A stretch of DNA of 64,000 bases from Octopus vulgaris (GCA_951406725.2 OX597816.1:40858001-40922000), one strand, 5' to 3'; shown: positions 40,117 to 55,780, numbered from the stretch's first letter. Notes: a model not told the origin generated them from the letters alone. Program-made: numbers and translations.

Positions 40117-40346
40117 TTTACCTCTTCAACATTTAAACCGGCCATATCAGGCCCAAATATATCTGTCTGTTTTATGTTCAAACTGGTGAGATCTCGACAC
40201 TCGCATCTACTCTGCAAAGTCATTCTAACAGTAAACAATCACATCATTGAAATCTCAAAGCTACGAGATAATGCATGATTAACTCACATGAATGTGTATA
40301 AATAAGCAATTACATTTGACAGATTAATCTGAATGACAAAGGGTGA
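40117..40346. mobile_element. Probable non-autonomous DNA element (piggyBac-like ends, decayed)
   Basis: Ends resemble CCCTTT.GCATT...AATG.AAAGGG. Family recognition is from memory only. Confidence 0.35.
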
Positions 40347-40730
40347 AAGCGTGGCCGTATTGCTTTATTTGGTCTGCACCAGTAGATTGCATTCGATGGA
40401 AGCTACTGCCAATTTGGCAGAACTGAGATTTTAAAATGTATTATATTTAGTCATGGGAATATATTCTTCAGTATCTAATTCACACTGCATTTTCAGATTT
40501 CACATTTGCCAGTAGACTTCAACAAAGAAGTTGAAAGCAGTAAATTATTTTATATCATAATGACTGGCTGCATATATAATTACCTATGATTCTTCGAAAG
40601 GTTTATAATATTGCACTCATTTTTGATCATATATAATCAACACTTATTAGATTTGTGGTCGGTATTTGGTCAAGTTCCTCCAAATAATTTCATCAACCTA
40701 TCTCCACATCATTATATTGATCCTCGGGAA

Positions 40731-41170
40731 TATAGGCACAGACATGGCTGTATGATTGCTTTCCAACCATATAGTTCCGGCTTCAGTTCCATTGCATGGC
40801 ATATTGCTCTAATATCTTCTACTATAACCTCTACTACACACACACACAAACATATATATATATATGTATATATATATACATGTGTGTGTGTGTGTGTGTG
40901 TGTGTACATATACATACATACATACAATATAAATACATATATGTGTGAGTGTATGTATATGCGTGTTTGTGTGTGTGTGTGTCTTTGTGTCTGTGTTTCT
41001 CCCAAACCAGCGCTTGGCAACTGGGGCTGGCGTGTTTACGTCCCTCAAAGTTAGCTGTTCGGCACATTATATCGATAAAATAAGTACTTGCCTTGAGAAA
41101 ATGTCCTTCTATAGAATTGTTCCGACTAAATCCCTAGTATGGTCTCAGTGAAATGACGTAAACAAAGAAA
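40731..41170 (+). mobile_element. Old SINE S2 with expanded internal microsatellite
   Basis: TAGGCACAG.CATGGCTGT head; GTGTTTACGTCCC, GTTCGGCA and ATAAGTACT match 60172..60544. Confidence 0.7.
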
Positions 41171-41487
41171 ATGTAAGATAATTCAAAAGAGAGTAACCAC
41201 ATAGGAACTGTAAATTAAATCGAACTACATGTTTAAAATTTTATTTCTCCTATTTTATTTTCAAACTAGATGATAATGATTTTTCACTTGCATCTGTGTA
41301 GATTCATACAACTAGGAATAGTCGTTGATTTTAGAAACTGTTTAATGATAGAACATTAAACGTTTAATGATTGAAAGGAAAATATTGTGCTATGCTGACA
41401 GTACTTTCTGTAGTAGTACTGAAATCTATTTGTTAGATATAGCGACGTAAGGTAGTAAGCAAGAAATCATATCGCGAATATATGGGT

Positions 41488-41870
41488 AGTATTCTTTTCT
41501 ACTGTAGGCACAAGGCCCGATATTTGGGGAAGGTGGCCAGTCGACCCCAAAAGGATAAAAGGCAAAGTCGACCACGGCTGAATTTGAACTCAGAACTTAA
41601 AGACAGATGAAATACCGCTAAGCATTTCGTCCGCTTCTTATTTCTTTACTGTCCACAAGGGGCTACACAGTGAGGGGACACACAAGGACAGACAAACGGA
41701 TTAAGACGATTATGTCGACCCAGTGCATAACTGGTACTTATTTAATCGACCCTGAAAAGATAAAAGGCAAAGTCGACCTCGGCGGAATTTGAACTCAGAA
41801 TGCAACAGCAGACGAATTAGCACGAAGCTTTTCGCCCGGCGTGCTAACGTTTCTGCCAGCTCGTCGCCCT
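41488..41870 (-). mobile_element. Two tandem copies of SINE family S3
   Basis: AAAGGCAAAGTCGACC.CGGC.GAATTTGAACTCAGAA occurs twice; matches 62798..63028. Confidence 0.85.
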
Positions 41871-44800
41871 ATGATAAGTATAATATTGTAGATTTTACTC
41901 CATGTATTTAGACACAATTGTTTGTTTACATAGGCATAAGGCCAGAAATGATTACGGGGTTGGGTGTATTTGATGTATCTAAAGGTTCTAATAATTTACT
42001 AGTGTTTTCTGTCATCAAATCCGACCCTGGATGAATGAAAAGCAAATTTAACTACAATGAAATGTGAACTGTCAATTTCTAGAAAGTTAAATTAAGACTA
42101 CATCGCATTTCGTACAATGCTTTAAAGATTCTGCCAATTCAGCGCCTTTATGAATTCATTATATGACTAAAACATACACACAATTTTCATCTATATTACC
42201 GAAAAAATCTAAGCAGTGTTACACATTAAGTGAAACTTTGTTCTTACTCTCATCGGTTTATAATTATATATACGTATCCTTTTTATTTCCTTCCGCATTG
42301 AATTTGTTAAAGGCCAAAAAATGTAATAAAGTACATGTTCTCGAGTATGATAACTCTAAAATTTTATTTCCTATGACAAGTGCTCCTTAACGTTCTGTAT
42401 TTAAGTACTTATTGCCCCAACTTTACTGTGACAGCTGCAACGCTGGCTATACTTTGCTGACTCAGTCATCATAATGTAGAAAACAATTTAAATGTAATCT
42501 CACCGAATATGTCTACCTAGGGTTTTAATATACCCAGCCTGGAATATGGTGATGATTTGGCTTAACTAGGAATCATGTCAATGAGGTTATAAGCATAATC
42601 CACCGAATAGAGTGCAGTGCTACATATCGCTATGTTTATATGTTTATATGTTGGCACTTATAAATATGCTGAACTAGATAAAAGGAATGTCAATGAATTT
42701 CTTCAGAAACGTTTAAATTTATAATGGACGGTCGTCTACGCAAATGCATAACTGCATCTCTCCTCCCATCATAGTTAATAACAACGTTTCTACGAATGTT
42801 GAGTACCAATCCTTAGCAGAAAATTTTGGCAGTTTATGAATTGTGAACAGCTTTTAAAGAACCGTTGATTTATCCTTATTTTTCTTGTTTGTCTTTCCAT
42901 TTCCTAAGTCTTGTGATTTTTGTGAGCATTATTTCCTTTACTTATCGTCTGTTGAATCTTCCTTCTTTACAACATTCTCAGGTATTTGTTTAGACTGCAT
43001 TGTGCGATGATGTATTTAGCTCTTACAATACATTTGTGATGTCTTCTGTATACAAAACATTGATAGACACAGCCTCAAGTCTCAACTCACATAAATTTAA
43101 ACACTTATGCTGAACTAAAGAAAATCAATACACTGAATCAGAATCGGTGTGATATATAGTATTGCATTTAAAATTTAAACAAATCAGCGAAATAATACTT
43201 TTTGACAGAATGCACACTGAGATTAAAAAAAAAAGATTTGGAAAATGACAGTTTCAATGCACAGTCAGTAGTAAGATATATACCCAAATGGCAATAAATC
43301 GCACAAACAGGTGTACCAGACTCAATACACGGTATAGTATAGTTATATATAGAGTTAGCGTAAATCATCGACAATTCCAAATGTGAACAGCCTATAAAGA
43401 GTGATGTTTTAGTGGACTACAACTTTCTCTTTCAAAGTTCTCTTCTTGTTCCAAGGTGTTTTATCTGATTCTGTATAAAATTTTATATCCTCCGTTATAC
43501 TGAAGAGTGTTGATTCCTAATATAGGCAGATGGCAACAGATTTTGAGAAAGGATATAAATGCTTAGAATTACGTCAATACTTAACTGGTATATAAGTTTA
43601 TCTTAGAGGAAGGATGAAATGCAAAATTTATGTAAGCGGAATTGTGAACTATTCAAAATAAATACTTCTTTAGTATCCACATATCTGAAGAGACCATGGA
43701 TCTCTCACTGGTTTCTCTTAAAATAAAGGGAAGGTTTTTTCAATGATGAATAGATGACTAGTCTTCCTCACGCCATCTTTGATGTACAAAGGAAACATCA
43801 CATCAATTCGACTCACTTATGTTAACACAAGATTTGCAAAAACGAAAGTGATGTGAATATCAGACAACATTATAGATTCCAGCTTCTGCTTTATAGTTTA
43901 TTTGATAACCAGCTACCGGTAGCTGTCTGATCATGATGCTCTTCAATGATATCAGGAAGGCGGACCATACTAGTTACGATGTTTGACGCGCGCTCATATG
44001 CTTATAAGTGGAGCAAACTACTTAATTTTACGTTACCCCATCCTGCTCAGCTGTAATGAATACCAGGCAGGTTACTAGTTCTAGTGGAACAGTCTCCGTA
44101 CCTCTAGTTGTCACATCCTAAATACTCTGCTGGATTAAGGGTGAGCAAGTTTCTTGCAGTTATACCGGGTTCCAAAACAAGTAAGAAAAGCCGGGTGCAT
44201 TTTACCAAGCTCCAATTTCTCTCGAGTTAAGGCTGGCTGTACTTTTATCGACGTCGGCAAAATGAAATTTCAATTTAATACCAGGAAGAGATATTATTGT
44301 TCCTCATAATCTCATATCGAAAGTAAATATTAGTTTGCCTGAAAGAAATCAGTTAAAATCGAGTCAAAAGAAACGTTTGTCAAATGCTAATTAATTAATA
44401 TTTTACGTCGCAGAATATTCCAGTAGAGAACCAACGTTTAGTACAAGAGATAAAAATTATCATTTTAAATCCAGCAGCGTTGTTGTGCTATTCCCCAGTT
44501 GTGCTTATGCAATTAAAATATTTTGTCTAAGACTTTGCAAAATACATTAGTGATTCCAAGCATGTATATTGATAACGGATGATCGTGTGCGAAAAATTTG
44601 TGATGGATTTTGAATGTTGATGACTCTCCTTGACACTACTTTCGCTTTTTATCTATTACATATGATTGATTTTCATGATTTCTCGAACAAAATTGGTTAA
44701 CTAGAATATAACAAATGTTACTTTCGATCCTAATTTGTTAAAACACTGCTACGGTTATGTATTACAATTTGACTTCTCTTTTACTTGTACGTGTATATCA

Positions 44801-45813
44801 TCGATACTTTTACACGTTGTAAAATTTTATCTATAAAAGACATCTTTTGAAACGCACACACATGCGCATGTATTGTCTTTTTTATGTTAAAATAAACTTA
44901 TTTTTTTGTGATCGAATTCAACATGTCAGTACAACAATTAGACAAAGTGTGATCTCTATTGACCTTTTTTTTTTCGACATTACAGTATTTTTTTATAGAT
45001 AATAGCTTATAAGGAAGACACATGAAATAGCAATTTTACTAAAATATATTCACAAAATATTTTTTCCCACTAATTTCGATTTTTGATGCCAAACTATATT
45101 TTCGCCATTCTTTCAAAACAATTTTAGAGACGTTTCTCTTTCTAATAATTTTTAGTACTTTTTCTATATTTCCTGCGTTTATTCAAATCAAAGACATTTT
45201 AAATCTTTCAAGTTTCCTATGTTAAGTTAGACGCATGCGTAGAACATCTTTTGATCTATAAACCTTTGTGACAATAATCTACATAATAGATCAAAATAAT
45301 CGTTAATTCTATTTTATTGCTTGGTTTCAAAACAATTTGTTTCATTTTAGAATTCTTTATATCTTTTTAAACGGCTGCCAAGAAAATAACAATAATTTGA
45401 TGTCTATACTAACTATTCATGCAAGAGAATTATATTTTTGTGTTATTCTATAAGAATCAAGTATGTATTTTTATATATCAGATTTCACGTTAATTTTCTT
45501 TTTATTTTGATATGTGAACGAAAAGTAAAAAATAAAGTGTATGATAATCTAATTCTCTTCGTTACTTTTTTTGTTGTCTTCCCTATAAGTGTGTGTCAGT
45601 GTTATCTATTTAAGAGTGAAAGCTTAATAACTTTCCTGAGACATATATTTAAATATAAAGAGAATGGCCAAATTTCTATAAATCATTTGCTTTCAGTCAT
45701 GTTACCAATTTTTTGGTGCTCAACTAGTTATTGCTACTACTTCTTTCATGACCCCAATTCTTCATGTGATGTAGGCATTTGAGACATGCAATTAAAGATA
45801 TATAAATCATTTA

Positions 45814-46283
<470 letters not shown>

Positions 46284-46978
46284 TTTCAGACGCGTCCACC
46301 AGATACATTCTTTCGCCATAGCCACAAGGATGATGAAAATAGCTCTTCCTTCCCGTTTGAAGGAAGGAGGCGTGACAATCTCTCATCAACTTCTTCAAGT
46401 ACCACTTGAAAAGGAAAGTGAGAGTAGAGAGGCAAGTTTTGTCTAGCGAATGTTTTAAAAAAAGATGGGTGAATGTAGCAAGGATGGCACGTATGAATGA
46501 CGAAGCCACCTTGAGCATAATCCTATGAACCCAGAAATTGAAAACAGAGGGTTACCCACTTGCAGACAAATGTGGTAACATATAACAATATTGACCAAGG
46601 TTACCGTGGTCTTTTTCGTAGGCTTTTCTTCCCACGGATAAACCTTACTTGCTTTCCCCTTTACACCATATATCATAACACTGTGATACACGATCCCTAT
46701 TGATCGTTTTTTTCCTCTTCCCCCTTTTTTCCCCTTTTTTCTTCTTTTTTCATTTCTCTTTTCCTTTTCTTTTTTCTTTTTATTCTTTTTTATTTTTTAT
46801 TTTATTTATTTATTAATTTTTTTTGTTCTTTTCTTCCCTTTTACGATCCCTCTTGATCGAAAACCTACGCCACCCCTTTTTTTTCTTTTGTTTTTTGTTT
46901 TTTTCATCCCCCAAAAGAAAAGCTCTACCTTGTAACTTGTCCCATCTGTGTGCAGCCCTGTGTGGCCAATAAAGAAAC
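46284..46978 (+). mobile_element. 3' fragment of a Tx1/L1-clade non-LTR element with an inverted 5' segment
   Basis: 46284..46379 (minus) reads [32 protein letters not shown]. 46376..46528 (plus) reads [31 protein letters not shown]...*. Then a T-rich 3' UTR and AATAAA at 46968. Confidence 0.82.
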
Positions 46979-47023
46979 TTATCTACCTATCTATCTATCT
47001 AACTATCTATTTGTCTATCTATG

Positions 47024-47102
<79 letters not shown>

Positions 47103-47231
47103 ATATCTATCTATCTATCCATCTATCTATCTATCGATCGATCTATCTATATGTGTGTATCTGTCTGTGTGTCTGTATCTGTCTGTATGTGTGTGTGTGT
47201 ATGTGTGTGTGTGTACACATATATATGTGTT

Positions 47232-47281
<50 letters not shown>

Positions 47282-48658
47282 TATATATTTATATGTTTAT
47301 ATTTACATTTGTATATAGAGAGAGTTGAGGTGGAGAGACAGAGAGAGCCAGTAAAAGAAGCATACCTAAATATACGCTCAGATAAAGCATTGTAAGTTGG
47401 CAAATGTTCCAGAACACTCTTAAAGAAAGGCGTATTAACTATAACTTGTAGTGTTAAATTACGCAGAGACAATATTAGGAAGGATTCATTTCACAACAAG
47501 TCATGCAATTCTTTAGAAGAAAATGGAACATATATATCATGCATGCTGGAAGAGCATCCTCAGAATTAGTCTAACATATAGAAAATGAACACAAGGAAAG
47601 GAATAACATATTATGTATACTGTACCCGTCCTAATTACAATATACACGCTCAATAAATGAAAGTACTTGCCAAATATATAAGGAAAAACTAAACTAACAC
47701 CAGTTGCAGAGGAGCTGACACAGGAGTGCCAGCAATGGAGGACACTGTTTGACCTGGTCAGCTGTACGCCCTTGGAAGTGATGAAATATGTTTCAGTGAA
47801 AGCGAACAGTTGTTTAATGTCATTTTCGTAAAACATTTCTCGATTTTTAGAAAATGACTCTCCCCAGACACAACAGAATATGCTTCAACACACGAACTCA
47901 CATAAAGAATCTTGCAAATCAAATCCAAAAACGAAATATTTCCCGATTTGTTATTTAATTGGTATTAGTGAACGCTGGCATTTTAGGTTTTCGTTCTTTT
48001 TTAGTTTCTTATTTAATATGCATTTTCATCGGTACTTGATCTATATTCATGAATTACTTTCCATTTTTAGTTTCCATAATTGTAACTTTCAAGGCATATA
48101 CATATATTGCATTTTTTTGTAAGTGATCTAATTCGATTTCTAAGATATTACTATGCATATGTATGTCCAGAAATTTGAAGCAGTGTTACTTTCTTCACAA
48201 ATTTCCTGTGAAATTATTCGCGTAATATTAAGTTTTATTACTGCTAGCTAAGAAGCATATCTACGACATGCATATTTATTCTTCATATATATATATATAT
48301 ATTTATCTTTACCGATATATTTTCAAGATTGTAAGTAATGATAAGCAACGTAACCTAATTTTTTTCAGAGGAAAAATGTCATCTGTGTTTCACAGTGCAC
48401 AGTGTTTCACGTTCGAGTGTCCTTTTTTATGAAATAAAATTCAAAGGAAAATTTACCCTTGCACTTTGGGATAAATAATGGCGTTTTTATAGTGGGATGA
48501 CTAGATCTGGTGCAGATGCAACATCTTTTCCTTCAATCTATGAACAATATCGAGTATTGCTGATCAGTATGAAACTTTGTTCCCTTTGGCTGATACGAGT
48601 ATCTATCTATCATCAGTGTGTTTCTCCTTCTACGTATGTTTGTACGTATGTATTTCTC

Positions 48659-48935
48659 GTCTCTCCTCCTTCTCTCCCCAGTCTCCTCCTTCTCTCCCCA
48701 GTCTCCTCCTTCTCTCCCCAGTCTCCTCCTTCTCTCCCCAGTCTCCTCCTCTTAATCCCCCGTCTCCTATCCCCTCCTCCTCCCTCTTACCCATTCTCCC
48801 TCTCACCCCTCCTCCCTCTCACCCTCTCACCCTCTCACCTTCCTCTTCCCTCTCACCCTCTCACCTTCCTTCCTCCTCCCTCTCACTCTCTCACCTTACT
48901 CTTCCCTCTCACCCTCTCACCTTCCTCCTCCTCTC
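48659..48935. repeat. Pyrimidine-rich minisatellite (GTCTCCTCCTTCTCTCCCCA x about 4.5) plus a (CTCTCACC)-rich tract
   Basis: Directly visible. Confidence 0.9.
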
Positions 48936-48952
48936 TGTGTATTATATATATG

Positions 48953-49007
<55 letters not shown>

Positions 49008-49009
<2 letters not shown>

Positions 49010-49341
49010 GAGACCTCCTTCGGTCATGAATGGCCATAGGATTGCACATAGAATGTTGCCCTCCGAGGTACAAGTCCGGGCAAGTTTGTTTATGGAAGCC
49101 CAGCTGTCGCTCATGCCTACCAGCCTCCCCTCTCCACACCACTGATGTTATCCAAGGGAAAGGCAAAGGCCAATACAACTTGACCTCAGTAATGTCGCAA
49201 CTCATTCCTGCAGCTGAGTTAACTGGAGTAACGTGAAATAAAGTGTCTTGCTCAAGAACACAACACGCAGCTTGGTCCGGGAATCGAACTCACAACCTCA
49301 CGATCGTAAGCTCGAAGCTCTAACCACTGAGCCATGCACTT
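49008..49341 (-). mobile_element. tRNA-headed SINE with CORE-like body
   Basis: Minus strand GCATGGCTCAGTGGTTAGAGC...GAGTTCGATTCCCGG, then CTTGAGCAAGACACTTTATTTCACGTT. Confidence 0.85.
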
Positions 49342-49370
49342 TCACACACACACACGTTTTTTTTTTTTTT

Positions 49371-49426
<56 letters not shown>

Positions 49427-51310
49427 ATATGTACCTGCTCACATGGGTGTTATGTGTGTGTGTATGTGCGCCAGTTTTTTATGTTCATGTTTAATCCGGT
49501 TCAGTGACCGTTATTGTTATGGATGAAGTGACCTGGATTCACTCATGTTATTTGATGTACATTTCACTTTTGTTTTAGTACCTCCTGTTTTGATATAAGT
49601 GAACCAAATCGATGTTATCACTTCTTTGAACAGCAATGATGGTACTGTGGAGAAGTCTTGCTGAATAAATATCTATTAAAAATTACCGACGATTTACAAA
49701 CATAGGTTTATAAAATGAGGCCTAGACTGAAGGGTAAAATACGAAATCATCTGAACTAGTAATTCATAAATATTAACAAATTATTTACCTTGAACGTCCG
49801 GTGTGCAATTGTAATATAACCAGCAATATTGTGCAATTGTAATATAACCAGCAGTGGTAAAAATGTATGTGTGTAGTTGCCTACATGAATCATCATTATT
49901 TTATAATAAACTGTTTAAAATGAAAAGATACACAACATTAAATATGTTGTTATAAAACACACCACAGGAATATAGCACATGCCTATTTTCACATGATCTA
50001 CTTATATATGAAAAGAATAATCTCTTCCCAAGAATTCAACACATAGGTGGATTTCGACCTGTCTGAAAGAAATACTACTTTATTGGCTGCAGCCGGCAAT
50101 ATATCTACTGTTTATTGGAGTGGTATTATATCTGCTTATATAAGTAAGGCTTTAACAATACTGTAATTAAGCAGAAATGAGATACATTGAATAAATATGC
50201 ATCCGTTACTTTCTGGTAAATGTAGATTGCTGTGGAAAAAAAGAAAAATTGGTTATGTAATACAAATTACATACATATTTAATCAGGCATACTTGACAGT
50301 GATTTAATAATAGTTATGTGTAGATCCAAACTGATTTATTACATATACTTATGATTAAATCCTTTCATGAGTTTATGGTCAATATTTCGAGTTATGAACA
50401 TATTTTATGTCCAATTTTATTAGGTTGACATTATTTCTTTTCTATATGTTGTACACCGCAATGAAAATTATTTTTGTCAAAGTATTTCCACCACAATAAA
50501 TATTAAATAAATAAATAAAAACACAGGATGGAATAATGGAAACTACGGAAGACCTGATCTGTTCTTCATATTTTCTTTTAATAGCGAAATCCTCAGCGTT
50601 ACAGTACTGGCTACCATAACTTCGTCCATTTCCATTTCTAATTTATGTTTTATTTTTGTTTATTTTTATTTTCTATTGCTAAGATAACCAATTTTACAAT
50701 CTCTCATAAAGTCATCTTTCTATACGTTCATTCAATAGATCTCGTTCAATTATTGATCCAAGCCCAATGTTTGCTGCTTTGACATGACTGAAAATTAATC
50801 TTTGGGATTATGTGGATTATCTTGATTGAATCCTTCTGAAGCAGGGCCAGGCCACAACAGTGAATATAACAATTGATGCAAACTGTAAGCAGAAATGACA
50901 AGGTATTTATTGTCCGAGCTGCTAAGGACAGAATAGAAAAAGAAGTGAGTCGTCATGGTAACAGTAGCACACTGTAAATCGGATGATGAATGATGATTAT
51001 TTGCACAGAAACCTGAGAGTTCTGCTTTATGTTACAGAAGTTATCAGAAAAGAGGAAGATGTAGAAGATAAAGGATGATAAAAAGAAAATATGGAAAAGG
51101 ATGTGGAAGAAGAGAAATGATAAGAAAAACTTACAAAAGCAGAGAAAAGTAAATGCGTAACAAAACAATAACATGAAATGAATTCAGTAGACAAGAAGGG
51201 GAATGAAAGATTGTAAGGAAAGTAAATGATTATTTCACTATAAGATGTTCTTCAACGAATGAGAGAATAGAAAAATTTTATATGTTGTGAGTGTGTGTGG
51301 TGTTTCAATT

Positions 51311-51356
<46 letters not shown>

Positions 51357-51657
51357 CTAAATACATACATACATGCATATATATATATATTTGTGTGTAT
51401 ATATGCATTCATGTATTTAGCTATATATATTAACATATACACGTATATATTATATATATATATATGTGTACAAATGAAATTATGAGAGTTGGTAAAAGTT
51501 CTTAATTCTCTCATTCGTAGAAGAACTTTCCAAACATATATATATATACATGCATATATGAAAATAGATAGATATCTAGTTAGACATACATATGAACACA
51601 TAAAGTATGAACGCGGGTAAAATAATTTTATTCTCTCTCTCTCTCTTTCTCCCCTTC

Positions 51658-51688
<31 letters not shown>

Positions 51689-51707
51689 ATATATATACTT
51701 TATATTT

Positions 51708-51758
<51 letters not shown>

Positions 51759-51772
51759 CACGCATATTTATG

Positions 51773-51812
<40 letters not shown>

Positions 51813-52103
51813 CATACATGTATGTATATATATGTGTGGAAATGTGATTGGAGTTGGTGTGTTATACTTGCATTTTCACCAGCTTATAAGAAGCATCAGT
51901 GAGTTAAATGCACTCTGAAATGCACTGAGTTCCATACATTTTTGTTATGTGCTGATTAAAATTTACTAGATAGTTCGCAATTTTTATGCAACTTAGAGCA
52001 AACCAGTTCAATAATTTCTAACTTTATGCATAATTAATATCTACCTCAATGAAAGTACCCTAAAACGTGTAATTGCTGTTATAGGTAAAATCTATCTATC
52101 TAT

Positions 52104-52173
<70 letters not shown>

Positions 52174-53005
52174 TTATCTGTCTGTCTAATCCCTCTTTTT
52201 CTCTGTCTCGCTATCAATCTATGTGTGCGCATAGATACATACGGATGTAAGGATACATACATATATGTTTATGTAGGTATATGCCAGCCCGTGTTAGTTT
52301 AAGAACCAGTTTTTATCACATGAGTGCTGGTGCACATCAACCACCTCTCAGTAGTTGTGAAATGACACATTAAACATGAGGTAACAAAAGATAAATACTT
52401 GAAAAGATGCGAGTGTTTCACGAAAATCGATTTATTTGGTAGCAGTATCTGTCTAGAGAGAAGATGGAAACAATGCCTATTCTTTCAGAATTCTAGTTGC
52501 AAAACAGTAAATATAATAGCTGATATAATGACAAGAATAATAGATATACAAAAATTATATATTAAAAATTTAATTTAGCCTTCCTTGTTTCCCAAAAATG
52601 AATGGGAAAGTACAATATCTTCATTAAACAATTCACTTATTTTGCATAGGTTGAGAACCGATATCTTTTAGGGAGCTAACGTGTAGCACAATGCAAACAA
52701 AGTATAAAGTCTTGGAGAGCATATAGATAAAATAGTAATTTGAAAATTCCTACACGTTTTAGAAACATGATAATTGCAACAGGAAATATTTTGAGTGCTA
52801 AATATTTAGTATATTCGAATAGCGATTGCCTTCTATCTTACGAGCAAGGGCAAAATCGGATTTCTCCGAATTGACGTCGTATTAACCAGTGACTTGCAAA
52901 ATATAATATGGTGTCATTGTTGCTAAAGAAATAGAAGACACCGAATAAACAGCGCTCCTACATACTAGAAAACGCGAGATATTTCTTTCGTATTTATATA
53001 TGCGA

Positions 53006-53094
<89 letters not shown>

Positions 53095-54124
53095 CTCTAT
53101 ATATATATCTATCTATCTGTCTGTCTGTCTGTCTGTCTGTGTGCCTGTATATCTGCCTGACTGTGTGTCTGTCTATCTATCTATCTATCTATCAATATTT
53201 GCGGCGTATTTACTAATATAAAATACCATCTGTACTTCTTTGGTTGTAAACGAATGTAAATCAAACGAAGCTATATTGCTCACCCCACATATTTGTATTC
53301 CCTTGTAAGTGTCTATTCCAAAATGTCTACTTGGCGTAGAAATGCATGCATTACGTTTATACATTTGTAACCTAGGTATAAATTTTCAACATGATTATTA
53401 AAATGGAAAGTAGAATTATGTGGAATATTATAAAGCCACGTAAAACATTTTTTCGTCGTGTTCTTAGTAAACATTTCAGCAATGCTGAGGATAGGTTACA
53501 CAGTGTCTAACAACATATATAGAACATGCACTTTAAGAACGATTGTACAGCACCAAGGAGGATAAGTGCTAGCAAGTACTTATACTTTACTGTTACTCAA
53601 ACTTTACTGTTGAAAGGTTATAAACTCTTTGTTTGATATATTACAATGCCTGTAAAATAGCTTCTATTTTGAAATTATTAAATAACCGAAAGTTTTTAGT
53701 TGTGGTTCATCCATAGGTAAGATCACTTAAAATGTCAATGAATGAAACCTCCAAATATTGTCATTGAAGCTAATATATAAGTCCAGTTCATTTAATATAC
53801 GGTATTCAAAGAAGTTAAATAACCATACCTAATTTGAAAAATTATTCATGCATGAATATTCAGCCTTACATCTTTATTTAATGGCGACGAAAGAGAAAAT
53901 TCAATTGCCGAGAGGCTGAAATATATATATCGACAATATAGAAAATGTAAAACATATTGGGAAAGATAGGTGTTAGAGTGAGGTGTGTTATCGAGTGAGG
54001 CACGTATTCGAAAATGCTCCCTGAAATTTTCATACATCAATAGTTCGCAAGTGATTACTAGATAACACTAAATACACAAACAGAATAACGATACCTAAAA
54101 AGCTGAGACCCACTAACCTTAATT

Positions 54125-54242
54125 ATAGATCAGAGACATAACATGAATCACATACCTTTGATCGTTCATGCATGTAAGATGCTAAAACGCATGAATTGAG
54201 GAAATCTAATTACATATGTATAGGTTTCCACTCTCCAACTCA

Positions 54243-54286
<44 letters not shown>

Positions 54287-55214
54287 TTAACATATGTAGG
54301 TGCAACTTATGACACGTTCAAATTAGCAAGAGACACTCGAGTTATGAGAGAAAAGTCAGTAAACGCTTACAAAGTGAATTAGAAAATAATCGATGAAACA
54401 AAACAAAAGGAAAAACAAACAAACAAATGTACTCCCAAGGGACTTTACGCCTGGCAACCATTTTGAAATCTGTTCTTCACAATATTTACAATGTTTCTTG
54501 ATTTCCAATCAGGCTTAACCGATATGGTCGCAAGATTTAAATAAAATCTCGCGAAACAATTCGACGTTTTATAGGGTTAATAATAAATTAAATTCTCTTA
54601 TTCAGTCTACTAAACATTATTCTCGAAAATCCTATTAAAGAATATAATTGCGAGCGAAAAGCGTTCATTTGATAAAAAAAATTTTAGTGTGGAATGTACT
54701 ATACAGACAAATATAATACAGTGTACTCGTTAACTCGGAACTTATTTGTAAGTATATTTTCATTGAAACGCTCTATTCAAACACGCATTCAATGCACATT
54801 TTACGTTATATTCATTCGGAGAGCAAAATATTAAACATTTTCGAAGGTACTACAGAGCGATTTTGGCATTGATACCTGGATTTCACCACTTGCCAGAAGG
54901 ATTTACCTTTCCATACTTTTAAAGAAATACTGTTATTTTACTGCCTCCCGAATAGCTGCCGTCTCTGTAAATGCAAAAATGGTTAATCATCTCACGACAA
55001 AATTTTATGATATCTGAAATATAAAGCCCAAAGTGAGATAAGGTGAACTGATTTCGACAATTACGTGCTCAACTTGTGGCAGTTTATAATTGCAGCGATG
55101 ATACCCAAGACAGAATAGATAACCTTAACATTACGCGCACGAATGCGTGCGTTTTAGCATCTTGCATGCATGAATGATCAAAGGTTTGTGATTCATGTTA
55201 TGCCTCTGATCTAT
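54125..55214. mobile_element. MITE-like element with about 70 bp terminal inverted repeats
   Basis: ATAGATCAGAG.CATAACATGAATCACA.ACCTTTGATC.TTCATGCATG.AAGATGCTAAAACGCA (54125..54193) is inverted at 55146..55214. Confidence 0.82.
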
Positions 55215-55780
55215 TGGGTCGAAAGATTTCTATAGCAATGCGCTGTAGTATTTTATAAAAGTTAAAGAAACCTCAGTAAAACTAAATCAATATTTATGAC
55301 TCAGAATATGAGATATATGCTTACTTGCACACACATATGGTTAAGCATTTAAAAGTTCACTCTAAGTTCCACACACATGGAAAAAATACGCACACGATAT
55401 ATCAAATGAAACTCAACTAATTACTTTAGATGTATCTGAGAGAAGCAGTAAAGCTAATTGATCGTTAGAATTCTGATTCTCACATGTTCTAAAAGCTACA
55501 GACATTCAAAATAGACCAGAGAACTGCAAACTACACAACAAGTCCATGATATAAATTTAACGAGCAAGGGGCTATTCTGTTTAACAAGTAGATAACAATT
55601 TTGTCGCATCGCTTTTGATAGCCAACCAGTAGAAAACCTGTTTTGTTGACAACCAGGCATTGCTTTGAGTTTCTTAGTAAGATATATCAAGAGGGTTTAG
55701 TTAAATTTTCATATATATTTTTCTGATATTCTACAGTTACGTAAATCATTGGATTATGAAGTAGCTTTTGCAGAGTGACT

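Noticed and set aside
42530-42570. LEYGDDLA, resembling an RT YADD motif of an ancient RTE
   Set aside because: Too short and decayed to support a feature.
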